DNA of 64,000 bases from Blepharisma stoltei ATCC 30299 (lineage: Eukaryota; Protista; Ciliophora): NCBI GenBank assembly GCA_965603825.1, contig CBFDEM010000061.1, positions 1 through 64,000 on the forward strand, read 5' to 3'. The notes under the pieces are model-generated. The model was not told the origin of the DNA. It ran no database searches and was given only the letters and a program-made list of their open reading frames with translations. The first letter of the stretch is position 1. The number at the start of each line of letters is the position of its first letter. A program made the translations under genes and the position numbers. This document shows, piece after piece, positions 23,552 to 34,912 of this stretch.

Positions 23552-25561
23552 TTAATTGACATCTTTATCTATGATATAATATTTATTATCATTTTCAAAC
23601 CTCACCTTACTCGGAGGCACTGACAGAGTTTTGGAATTGGACTTTCTCAGAACAGATTTTCTTACAGTCATTGACGATCTTTGTTCCAAAATCTCCACAA
23701 CTATATTTACATCCATACAGCAAACTCCTTCCTCCACAACTTCAGCTATTTTTTCTCTCTCAAAGCCCAGCTCTTCCACTTTGCCTATAAATTGTTCTTT
23801 CATGCTGCTCAATAGCATTGCAGAATCGTGCATTTTTTGTGGTGAAGGGATCATTTTTTGACCAGCTGTATTAGTCCTGTATAAGTTTTTGTCATCTTCT
23901 TCTTCGTTAGGGAGGATTCCATTTCCTTTCATATATGCTATCAGCTGTTTGGGTACTTCATATAACACTTCTTTGGCTAAATCGCTTGGATTTGACTTAA
24001 ACTTAGAAAACGGCACGAATTGTACTATGTCTCTTTTCATATTTTTCTTCAGCCGCTTTGAATAAAGAGGGTGGATGTCTGCATCTAGCTGTTCCATCAT
24101 GGAAAAGTCTTCGTTTCCCACGCCAACTATGATGATACTTAAAGGGAATTCTCCAGCCCTCACAATTTCGTCGATGGTGTAGTCAATGTCATTGATCATC
24201 CCGTCAGTCAATACTAGCAGAATAAAATACTGCTGATGCTTCTGAGATACTTGGATTGTCGAGGCATATGTAATGGCTGTTTGGATAAGTTCGTTAAATA
24301 TAGTAGGACCATGGAGTCTAACTGTAGATAAGGCACTTTTATAGGCTTCTAGAACTTCTGAAATCCCTTTCACTTCTGGATCAAAGATGTTTCCATTGAG
24401 GGCGAAACAATGGGAAATTATATCAAAAAGAGGGGGAAGTTTGGCTCCGAAACCGTATACTGGGATTTTTTTATCAGAATCGTAATATTGTAAAATTTCG
24501 CCAACTGCGGATAACGCTTGGATGTATTCGTTGGGATGGTCGATGTCCAAATAATGTAAGGAGTTATTAGCTGAAGGCAATCCGTTACTTTTGGTGAAAT
24601 CGATTCCCACAATTAAAGAAATTTCACAGCCTCCAAAAATATAGTCTAAAAAGGTTACTTTTTCTTCATATTGGAATCCGATTAAGTTTAATGTAGCAAT
24701 AGTTTTCTCTCCAAATGAAATAAAGTCTTGGAAATTATTATTTTGCCTTAAATCTGCTAAACAAAACTGGCAAGCTCCAATTAATTCATTTTTCTTCCTA
24801 TCACTTTTATAGACCTCCAATTTTATTTTTCTCCTGTCATCGCCTCTGCATAGATTATTAACTGATAAATCAATTATATCTCATCTAAAGGGATGAGAAT
24901 CTGACGTTTCGCTTTGATAGATAGGGACTTCATTATCATGAGAAATTCTATAAAGCTTTATAAACAGTGGCCCTCTCAAGTTTCGGCTGTCAATTTCCCA
25001 CTGCATTTTCACATGGTGATTTAAATCGCTCATTTCTTCCGAACTCACAGTGAACAAGCCTATTTTTCTTTTATTTTGTGTATTTTCCAGTTGCCTTGCA
25101 ATGCTCCGAGTCGGTGAACAGACAATTTCATGGATATTGCACCTCACGGTCCCAATGTAGCCTTGCTTGTCTAAATTCGGGTTGTTTGGATCTTTCATGT
25201 CAAAGACATCAAATTTAAATTTCAATTGTTTTTCAAAACAATAGGAGACTTTAAATGAAGTTATAAAGGATGGATTTTGTGAACAATTTTGAATTTCCGT
25301 TCGAGATTTTTCTGTGCAAGCCCCTGATTCGTCTTCAACGTAAAAGATCACCATTGGGTCAGGAACTCTGAAGTGCTCATAGTGGTGAAGGTTACTACAA
25401 CTAATTGACAATTCTACTATAGAAAATAAGTCAATGTCCTCTTCGCGAGCTCTCAGGGGAAGCTCTACTATTTGATCTATTTCTTCGTCTTCAACTTGCT
25501 TTACTTTAATAATTCCGGAAACTATTTTAGGATCTTTGTCTTTACTGGCTCCGCAGCCCAT
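23552..25561 (-). CDS. Copine (C2-C2-vWA), 669 aa, with N-terminal MGCGAS acylation motif
   Basis: ORFs 24881-25561 and 23552-24820 are joined in frame through TGA (RWDIIDLSVNNLCRGDDRRKIKLEVY). Copine motifs present: TFLDYIFGGCEISLIVGIDFTKSNG, YDSDKKIPVYGFGA, LHGPT, LVLTDG, PLSIIIVGVG, RDIVQFVPF. Confidence 0.93.
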
Positions 25562-26253
25562 TTGATTTTATATTTTATTATTCAAATAAAGATAGATAAT
25601 TCAATGAAGGAGAATTCTGTGACTTAATGGTGTAATTTAATTAATATTATAAATGATTTTCATTTATTTAGCTTATTCTGGCCTTAAAGTTTCATTTATA
25701 TCTGGTTTATTAAGATAATCATTTGACAGAAATAATCCTTTGCATCAATCTGCTAAGGGCTCTATGAAAATAAAGAATTATTATGGATTTATCAAGCTTT
25801 TTGCTTCTCATTACCGGATATATGTGAATTTCATGGAGTATAGGATAAACTAGTTGACATCAAAAAAGAAAACTTCTCAAAATGTCTTTTTACTTAACTA
25901 AATTAAAAATTAAAAAAATAATTAAGCTTTGTATTTTAGGATAAAATAGAATCCGGTGATTGATTAGTAATATAAAATTCCATATTTATATAAGAATTCA
26001 ATAATGAGCAATAAATATTCTAAAATTTTATGAAAATATAAAATTTATAAACTTTCTAATATTAAATTAATTGCTTTTTATAAAATTTTGAACAAAATAA
26101 ACTAACGCCTTGAATTAACTAGAGATATATTTAAGCCCGCTTCAAGTATATTATGTGATGATTTAATCATAGATTAAGTGATTGATTCCTCATTTTTATA
26201 ATTCATCTATTTACTTTTGCATATGGAAGCATTTCTTCTTAATTAATCAAAGA

Positions 26254-27147
26254 ATGCCTACTCTAATATTTGGAACATTTAACATAGCGTCTGCAAACAT
26301 AAGAAATGCTTTAGAGATTGGGATTAAGGCCGGATACAGACACATCGATACAGCTTCAATTTATGGGAACGAGGATGCTATTGGAGATGCATTACAAGAT
26401 TTTATTAATTCTGGAAAGATATCGCGTAAAGAATTATATATCATTGGAAAGCCTTGGCTAACCCACCATAGGGACATAAGGCCAGCTTGTATAAATTCTT
26501 TATCAAGACTCAAGCTATCGTATTTTGGTCAATATCTTCTTCACTGACCCTTATCTCTAAAGCCAGATGGTAAAGATCCTCCAGTCTTTTCACCATCAAA
26601 AGACCTTTCTCTAGTAGACTATTATCCCCTTTATAAAATATGAGAACAGATGGAAAAACTTCAAGATGAAGGCTTAGTGAAAAGCATAGGAGTGTCTAAT
26701 TTTACAATTGCTCTATTGCAAGATATGCTTGGATACTCAAGAATAAAGCCAGAGACTAATGAAATCGAAATATCGATATTTAATCCCCAGCATGAGCTTG
26801 TAGATTTTTGCCATCTACACAAAATTGTCCCTTTGGGATATAGAGTTATCTATAATCCTATAAATGATTCCCTTTCCAAATTCAAAAAATGTGCACTGGA
26901 AGACCAAGTGGTTATTGATTTAAGCAGAAAATATCACGTTGATCCAGCACAATTGCTTATAGCATGGTGCTTAGCAAGAAATTGTGGAGTAATTGTAAAA
27001 TCTGAAACTCCAAAAAGAATTATTGGGAACTTTGAAGCTCAAAAGCTGATTTTGGAAAAAGAAGACATAGAAAAGCTAAGCTCAGTGACCACAAATGGAG
27101 TATATTGTGACCCTTATGAAAGTTTTGGGATTCATCTGCTTAAATAA
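26254..27147 (+). CDS. Aldo-keto reductase family protein, ~297 aa from the ATG at 26254 (ancestral start probably 26223)
   Basis: GYRHIDTASIYGNE, YLLH[TGA]P (the conserved HWP motif), I[TGA]EQMEKLQDEGLVKSIGVSNF and IVKSETPKRI. The Asp/Tyr/Lys/His tetrad is present. Stop is TAA 27147. Confidence 0.9.
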
Positions 27148-27215
27148 AAAAATAGTTTATTTAAGCTAGCTGAGAATCCCAATAACGTTAATTTTAAATA
27201 TGCGAATTTACATAA

Positions 27216-27848
27216 TTATTTTTCATTAAGTATGGCTTCTTCCACCTGAGCAGCCAAGTACTCAATGCAGATTTCAATTTGTGAGTCATTTGTGGGGCAG
27301 TCTTCATCAATCTCGCTCTTAATGATGTTTTGCTGTATCTCCCTATCGCTAACAATTTCTTCTTCCTGATACACTCGATAGTATTCGCTCTGCCCAAGAT
27401 CTGGGTCATAAAGAGCCTTTAAGAACTTTTTCAGTCCATTCTTAGCCCTTTTTCCTTCCACAATTTCTCCGTCATCCTTCATTTTTCTCTTCCCAAAACT
27501 CTCATGTCCTGAAGGAGTCATTAGTAATGAAAAATTGTTTCCTAGCTCTTCTGCATCAAAATTGAGGTTTTTCTTCACAGAGTCTTCTCCTGATAGAGGC
27601 AGCTTGGGAGGCTTCATTTTTGGGGACTCTCCTCCAGAGTCTGCATTTGAAAGTTTTCGTTCAACGCTGCTTTCTAAACATTCGTCAAGATCCCGCGCAG
27701 AAGCAAGAGACCCTGTGCGGGCTGTGGTGCCTGAGATGAGGAATCGTTTGGCTTTAAAAATTGGCTTTCGTGCGTTTGTGACAGACAAAGGGCCTTTGAT
27801 TGATTTGTTTTGAGGTTTGCTTGAAAAGTCTTTTTGAGGGCGGAGCAT
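27216..27848 (-). CDS. Hypothetical protein, 210 aa, with basic low-complexity N-terminus and acidic C-terminus
   Basis: ATG-TAA ORF with coding-like GC, filling the space between neighbouring genes. No family recognised. Confidence 0.7.
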   Translation of the reverse strand: MLRPQKDFSSKPQNKSIKGPLSVTNARKPIFKAKRFLISGTTARTGSLASARDLDECLESSVERKLSNADSGGESPKMKPPKLPLSGEDSVKKNLNFDAEELGNNFSLLMTPSGHESFGKRKMKDDGEIVEGKRAKNGLKKFLKALYDPDLGQSEYYRVYQEEEIVSDREIQQNIIKSEIDEDCPTNDSQIEICIEYLAAQVEEAILNEK

Positions 27849-27880
27849 TTAAGTTTAATTTGGTATTTATACTTATCTTA

Positions 27881-28738
27881 TTAATTTTCAGACAGTGACT
27901 TGTGTAGCTCGCTGACTGCTTCTTGGAGCTCTGAGTCTAGTTGTTTTTGGCTTAGGAAATCTAGAAGCTCGCTGGCTTCTTGTTTTCGGTTTAGCTTGTA
28001 TAATGCAAAAGCTTGCATGTAAATAAGTTCATTTTGTGTGTCGTCAATTGAGAGGCCGACGTCGCAGACAAATAAGACGCCGTCTCAGTCTTCAAGTTCA
28101 ACCAAAGTTCTGGAGGACTCGCCAAGGGATTGAGATGAGGGCAGATTGAAAACTCCGCAATGCAATAGAATTGTTTTGAATTTTTCCATCGCGTCTCTGG
28201 CTTCAGCGTAGTTTCCTCTTATGAGTCTTAGATTTGCCAAAATCTGATAGGCGTCTATGCAGGTATCATCAAATTTTAAGGCATTTTTGATGCAGAGCTC
28301 ACAGGTGGATTCTGCATTAGGCTCATCACAAAGATCTGTCATGAATAATTCTGAGATCGCTGCATATGCAGAAGCAATTTGAGACTTTATGCCTTCGTCT
28401 TCTTGGTTTTTCTTCAATAAGGCGATGCCCTTTTTGTAAAGATCAAGTGAATCATGCCCATGGCTTAATTGAGCAAGAGCCATATACTTTGACGAATTTT
28501 CAGAGGGAAAAAGCCTTATACTTTCTCTGTACAAATTTGCAGCTGTTTCGTAGTCTCCTAAAGTATTTGAAAGCTCTGCATAGCTATCCAATAATTCACT
28601 TGGAATTACCGAGTGCTGATTCGCGAGATTTATTGCTTGCTTATAGAGTTCGGCTGCCTTTTCAAGGTCACAGGCGTCGTGGTAGTTTCTTGCCTGTAAA
28701 AATAAATCGAAAATTTTTTCAGACATAGATTTATTCAT
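27881..28738 (-). CDS. ACL4: TPR protein resembling Acl4 (assembly chaperone of Rpl4), 285 aa
   Basis: KYMALAQLS.G..SL..Y.KGI, SAYAAISELFMTDLCDEPNAE..CE and DAYQILANLR are Acl4-type signatures. Extends through TGA 28085-28087 (ELEDWDGV...) to TAA 27881-27883. Confidence 0.78.
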
Positions 28739-28747
28739 AAATATTAT

Positions 28748-29566
28748 CTATTTATTTGGGAAATAGTTATCAATGATGTGCCGGATTATCCATTTAATAT
28801 TTTTTGAGGCTGTATTCTGAGAAGGGTCGCTTTCTTTTTGCCTGAACTTGGCGAGTTCATAGAGAGTATCGTTGAGGATGGTTCCTAAAGAATTTTCAAG
28901 GTAAACTCTGACGGGCAGATTTTGAGCTGAGCCTTCGATGAATTTTTGGATTTCTTCAGCGAAAAGTTTTGGATCTTGACGTTGAGCGCAGAGCTTTTCT
29001 TCTTTCCTTTGAGCATGTGCTTTTTTATTTCTGTCGCAGATTGCTTGGATTTCTTCAATAAAATCTTGATGGCCTAGACAAGTGATTTCTACATCTAAAA
29101 GACTTTGGCTTTGGTATAAAGCGTCAATTGCGTTTCTTTTTGCATTTTCAGTTCAGCAGCCTTCAGAAAACTCTTGAAAAGCCAGGTATTTTAGCTTCTC
29201 AGATCTTGGGACGTACTTAGCAAGAATGCTGAGTCCGATATCGCTTACTTGGCCAATATCAAGAGATCTAAGCTTAGAGCTATTGTTCAAAGTCTCCAAA
29301 ATTCGCTGCACCCCATCTTTTTCTATACAGCAACCAGTTAGTTTGAGAGTTTTTAAATCATAGCCTTGAGCTAGTAAATTTCCAATATAGACTCCTGAAC
29401 GATCTTTGAGATTATTAAAAGAAAGATCAATTACTTTTGCTTTGGTGTCAGCGCGTTGCAGCTCTCGGGTTAAATTGAGCACTTCTAGGTCAGTCAGGAG
29501 TTTATTTGAAAGAATAATTCCAGACTCATCGTGATTGCTAGTAACTGATGGCTTTATTGTAAGCAT
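28748..29566 (-). CDS. RNI-type leucine-rich-repeat protein with a C-terminal Dpy-30-like motif, 272 aa
   Basis: LRRs IDLSFNNLKD, LKLTGCCIEKDG and LDIGQVSDIG. Reads through TGA 29153-29155 to TAG 28748-28750. C-terminus NLPVRVYLENSLGTILNDTLYELAKFR...IKWIIRHI. Confidence 0.8.
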
Positions 29567-29588
29567 TATTTATTTAAGTAATTTGAAA

Positions 29589-32500
29589 ATGGAACAAGAA
29601 TTCTATGATAGCTTGCAAAAATGCTTTAACCAAACCAAGAACTCTAGGTCTTGGCAGTGAATTGACTTAATAGCTTGGCTTCAAGGTGCTAAGAAAATTA
29701 TAGAAGCACATAAAGACCAAAGATTTCCGACAGGGATCTTGCACCAATACTCTAAGTTTCTATCTCAGTGCCTTATGCCAAATCAGTCTGAAGAAGTGCA
29801 TAAACTCACTTTAAGCATTTATAAGCACATTTTCCATGAGATCCCTCTGCACCAATATCATATATTATCAGCTGGATTTTTTCCTTTCTTCCAATTCGCC
29901 TCAGCAAGCTGCAAAAACAAATTTATGCAAATAATAGAAAGCGTATTTTTGCCAGAAATAAGCAATCTGAAACATATCTTTTTCGACCTAATCAGCTGCT
30001 TGCTCTCAGGTTCTGTTAAATTACCCAAAGTTTTCCAAAGGGTCAGCCAGACTTTGGACATCCTAGCCGTTAAAATGAAGCAAGACTTGTATGGCTCCAT
30101 CTGGCTTATTGTATTAAAATCATCAAAATCTCGGTCAGCTGCCCTGCAGTTTTTGCATTCTAGATTTGACATGGAATCCTGCGAAAAGGAGTTAATGATA
30201 AAAGCTTTGGCTGAGGCAATTGAAGATAAAGATAAAGAAGTAAAACGAAGTGTCTTAAATTTAATTCGCAGAATTTATCCACTGGAAAGCGATAACTATA
30301 TATATCCAGAACTAAAAATTTTAGTAAAATCGGTGCTGAGACAAACGAAAATGAATGGCGATTTTATTGTGAGGATAAGCGAATGGCTGTGCTCAAATGA
30401 TTTTGAAGATGAAATTGATGCTGAAAAAGCAGATTTTTTGGCTGCTTGTGTCAGAGAGATTTTTAAAGAGAATTTAGAAATTATTAAGAAAAATGAAAAT
30501 TCAATTAGTGCTAAAAATTGCACAGTTGATTTATTGGAATATATTTATAATACAAAGCCTATCAAGACACCAGTTCTTGATAGGATTTCTTTAGATATTG
30601 TTACTTATTTCTATAGATTAAAAGCAGGGATACATGGAAAGGCATTAAATGTTACCAGAAATTTGAATCATATGGTATTTTGGGAATTATTTTTTTCTTT
30701 GTTTGAAAATAATATAAGGCTGCATTCACAAAAAGTCCTAAGGATTCTTCGATTTTCTATGAGTTATATAGAATGCAACTCTGAAATCATAAACGTCATA
30801 ATTGAAAAATTATTAGCAATTTGTATTGAGTCGCCAGAGTTTATTGAAATTTTAATTGATGATATTGAAATCTTATCAAATAACAATGAATTTACTAATA
30901 AATCTATTGCAAATTTATCATTTTACTTATTTATGAACACGCTAACTGATCAAAAATACAATCTACAAATAATTGAAAAAATTAAATCAATTTTGGTCAG
31001 ATTTCATGGAATTGGAGCGGATTTTCATGAGCATCTTCCACAGCTGTATAATCTTAAGCCAAGATCAACTGAAATTTTGCTTCTTGTCTATAATGCATTG
31101 ATCGATTTAAAAGGTGAAATCCTTTCAATTCCTCAATTAATACAACTATGGACTCTAATAGAAACAAAGCATAAAGAAACAGCCTGCAATTTATTAATTG
31201 AATATAGTAAAATTAGTGAAAAAGTATGGCTAGAGGCTCTTATATCTCTTCTCCAAAAGCCAAATACAGCAAAAGGTCTTAGGATATTTATCGAATTTTG
31301 AAAGATTTCTTCAGAAAATCATATGGAAGCTCTTTCAAGTGTACTGGGAAACGGAGAAGTTGTCTTCTTTATAATTGAATGTCTAAACGATGAAAGCCCA
31401 CTTATAAGACACTTAGCAAAAGAATGGGTTTTTTCATCAGACAAAGTAATTCCATTTACTATGGACCCTATTCTCGCTATAATTTTCAGTCAAGCATCAA
31501 GCCAATATTTAAGTTGTGATTCTCTTGATAAATGCGAGTCTGAAAATATTGAAAAATTCATTAAATCTTTTAAAACTCTCCAAGGGATTTCCAAAATTGG
31601 TGGGAAAAATATTTGAAGTGAAATTAATGCACAAGACCTCAGCGAAAAAGCCTTATCGTTAGAGAGCTCCCCTTTGTTCCAAAGAATTACTTATGGAGAT
31701 CTCATTGTATTGAGGTGTTTTGAATTTATGGAAAATATGAATTTGGACGTGGAGAAACTTAACTGGGCTATCTGCAATGCCCTTGAAGAGATTTCAGACT
31801 ACATGAACCCTGAGCTTGCTTTTCGTGGGCTGACTTGCTGTGCAAATGTATTGATAAGGGCTTTAGGAGTTGAGGCCAGCTCAGTTCAAATTTATATGCT
31901 AATTTTGATGAAAAAATTCATAAAATTGACCAAAAAAGCACCAAATCCTTATGAATTTAGGACTATTTTAAATAGTGAACTTTTATGGGCCTGTCTTTGT
32001 AGAGGTCCTCTTACAAGTGATAAAAATTTAAGATCCTACTGGCTTCATTTCATTAAAAAAATTCCAGGGCTATCAATTTTATATTTAGATGGCTCCAATT
32101 TGCACCAAACAATGGCAAATCTAATTAGGCTGTCTTGCCAGCTCGCCGAAAAATATAGAGACGAAAATGTCATTTTGCTTATAAAAAAAGTACTCCATAG
32201 CTCTCTTAATATAAAAAATCTAAATGTAAATGAAAAAATTCCAGCCTTGATGACTATGGTTTTTAAAGACCTAGAAAACTATTTAAAACTGTGCATAAAA
32301 CTTTATAATAACCCAAAGAATAATTATGATTTAAAATATCATGCTCAAATAGCAAAAATTTTTGACCCAATAATGGATAAGTATCCATTTGAACTAACGA
32401 AAGGAATTGCAATAATTTGAATTAAATTTTGTCTGAGTGCACAGGAATCTAAAAATTTTGTCTATATAGTCCGATTGATTCAGTCTTTCAGAATGGACAT

Positions 32501-34013
32501 AGATTTGGTTTTTGATAATATTTTTGCTTATTTTCAGAAAGAGTACTTGCTGATTCCAGATTCAACGAGCACAGATGGCCGGGAACTGTGTGTCGCTCAC
32601 TTCCTGAACTCTTTGTTCTTGAATTTTGACTCTCTGAAGATCTCAATTAAAACTCAACAAAATTTCTGAATAAAATGCCTAAAAGTATTAAAATTACTAA
32701 GTTTTTCTCGATGAGAAGAAATGGGTATCTTCATAGTCAACATTTTATATATATTGAAATCAAGAGTGCACACTATGAATTTATATACAAACCCTCGTCT
32801 AGTAAAAGAGCTCCATTGCATTGTGCAAAAGGTTTTCAGTCAAGCTCTATCTATTTGCAATGCCTGAGCAAGAGATGCTTATCACATGCCATATCCAGGC
32901 TTTGAAGAAGATGGAGACAAGAAATTGTTTAAAATTTTCATGAAAACATTAATGGACAAAGGCTACGAAATTGTATGCCTTGCCTATCCTGATGAACTGT
33001 CTGCAAAAATAAGGGCTGACTGCTTAGCCAATGTATGTCTGCGAATGATTGCTTTGATGCCTGAAGCGACCCTATCAGTTGATTTAGCTTCTGAATTAAT
33101 TTTGGCATTTCTAAATAAAGAAGGTGCAAATCTTGGAAAAATCATTGGAAAAGAAGTAATTAATTTTATTATCAATCCTAAGTTCTTCGAAGTCTGTCGC
33201 CGATTTCCAAGCAGCTTAGAAACATGATCCAAAATTATAATTTTAACATCTTTGCTTGTATACCCAAGCCATGAAAAAACTCTTGAAAATATAACGTTTA
33301 GGATAGCCAGCGATACTTGGAGTTTATTCGCAAATCCGACAAGAAAAATCGGGTATGTAATAAAAAATATTGCGTTTTTAATGTATAGTGGAGCTAAAGA
33401 CGACTATTTTCTCGCTATCGATTCAATTGCTAAATATCTAGCAACTGCGATGGAGGATGAAAAATACTATGAAGTTAGCTTTTTACTAATTAGGGTTGCC
33501 TTTTCTAGGTTTACTGATGATAACAAAATGCAGTTTTGGGTAAAAATTTATCCTAGGCTTTATATTGCGTTATTTTCTATCCTCAAAAGTTCCAGCCCTA
33601 TCAATATTTTGGCAGCCTTAAAGCTATTAGAATGCTTAGTAATCTCTCGAATATTCAGCTTCCAAACTATTCAATGAGCGTTTATTCTTGATGTTAATAA
33701 AGTCAGCAGGGGTGGCCAAATGGACAAATTTATCCCTCTGATAGCTGAAAATGTATTATTTTTAAAAGATATAAAAGTCAGTTCAGACAAAAATAATAGG
33801 GAAAATACTAGAAATGTGATGAAGAGAAAATTAAAATTATGACAAGCCAAAATTGATGATTTAGAAAATGGACTAGAGGACGTAAAAGAATATGCAAAAG
33901 TATTTATAGAAGACTGTATGATGTACAATTGCTCACTTTGGGATGCTGATATACAATCCTTGGATGATGGAATTGCATTTGATCTATTAAATATACAGCT
34001 TGAAAACAATTAA
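29589..34013 (+). CDS. DOP1: Dopey (DOP1)-family trafficking scaffold, 1474 aa, divergent
   Basis: One frame from ATG 29589 to TAA 34011-34013 with TGA=Trp (all joins translated). N-terminal QWIDLIAWLQ...KFLSQCLMP....VHKLTLSIY..IF...GFFPFFQFAS matches Dopey_N, and C-terminal FQTIQWAFILD matches Dopey_C. Confidence 0.82.
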
Positions 34014-34912
34014 TAGATTCTGTATAATTTTAGCTATTTTGATTTAAAAAGTTAGAAATTTAATTTATTTAATACAATATTTTATTTTGATACACTGTAA
34101 TTACTTTCCTCTTCGTTGATGAACAAAAATTGTATTCCCATTTTGATAGCTGAATAGACAGTGCAAGTTTTGCTATTCTAAAATGACTTTAAATCGAATG
34201 GGGAGTTTAGCAGCCCTAAAATGCAGTTAAGTTCAATAGCCAATCTTTTCCTAAATGCTATTATGCAAAATATTCAGGATTTAATTCCATATTTATATTT
34301 TCAAATGCTTGAATTTTAGCATTATTCAATAGTTATCTTAAAGCGTTTTTGACTATTTGAGATACTGGAAGAATTTATTTATGAAGATAATTATTTACAT
34401 ATTAATATCATAGATATAAATAGATAACTATTTATAGCAAATACTTAGTTGCTGTATTAATTGCTTATATTAAAGATTTACCCTGCAATTTTGTAAAACA
34501 TTTTTACAAAGGTTTTATATTTTCTTTAATGAGGTTGTTAAATTAAAGTAGCATAATTTTGCCATTATTTTACCACGCACAAACAAAGTTATAATTGCTT
34601 TTATCATATTAAACTAATAGCCAATCTAATATTACTAGATGTGCATAGAAATTATTTTTATAATGGTTTTCAGCTGCCTAAGAAAAATTATCTGGCTAAT
34701 TCTTACTTCTTGAGCTGATAAATTTTGTTGAGCTCGTTCCATTTATAATATTTACTTTGCCAAACCAAGCTAAACTGGCAAACCAAATAAAAAAAAATTG
34801 CAATGGTTTTTATAGAAAACGCTTAAATCTAGCAGTGCGCCATTGCGACTTCACACGGTCCTTCTAGATTTATTATATGCCATAATATAGGAGTTAAAAT
34901 TTAATAATTTTA

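Noticed and set aside
34828-34868. GC-rich patch (CTAGCAGTGCGCCATTGCGACTTCACACGGTCC) as an ncRNA or tRNA
   Set aside because: No cloverleaf, snoRNA boxes or convincing stem could be found.
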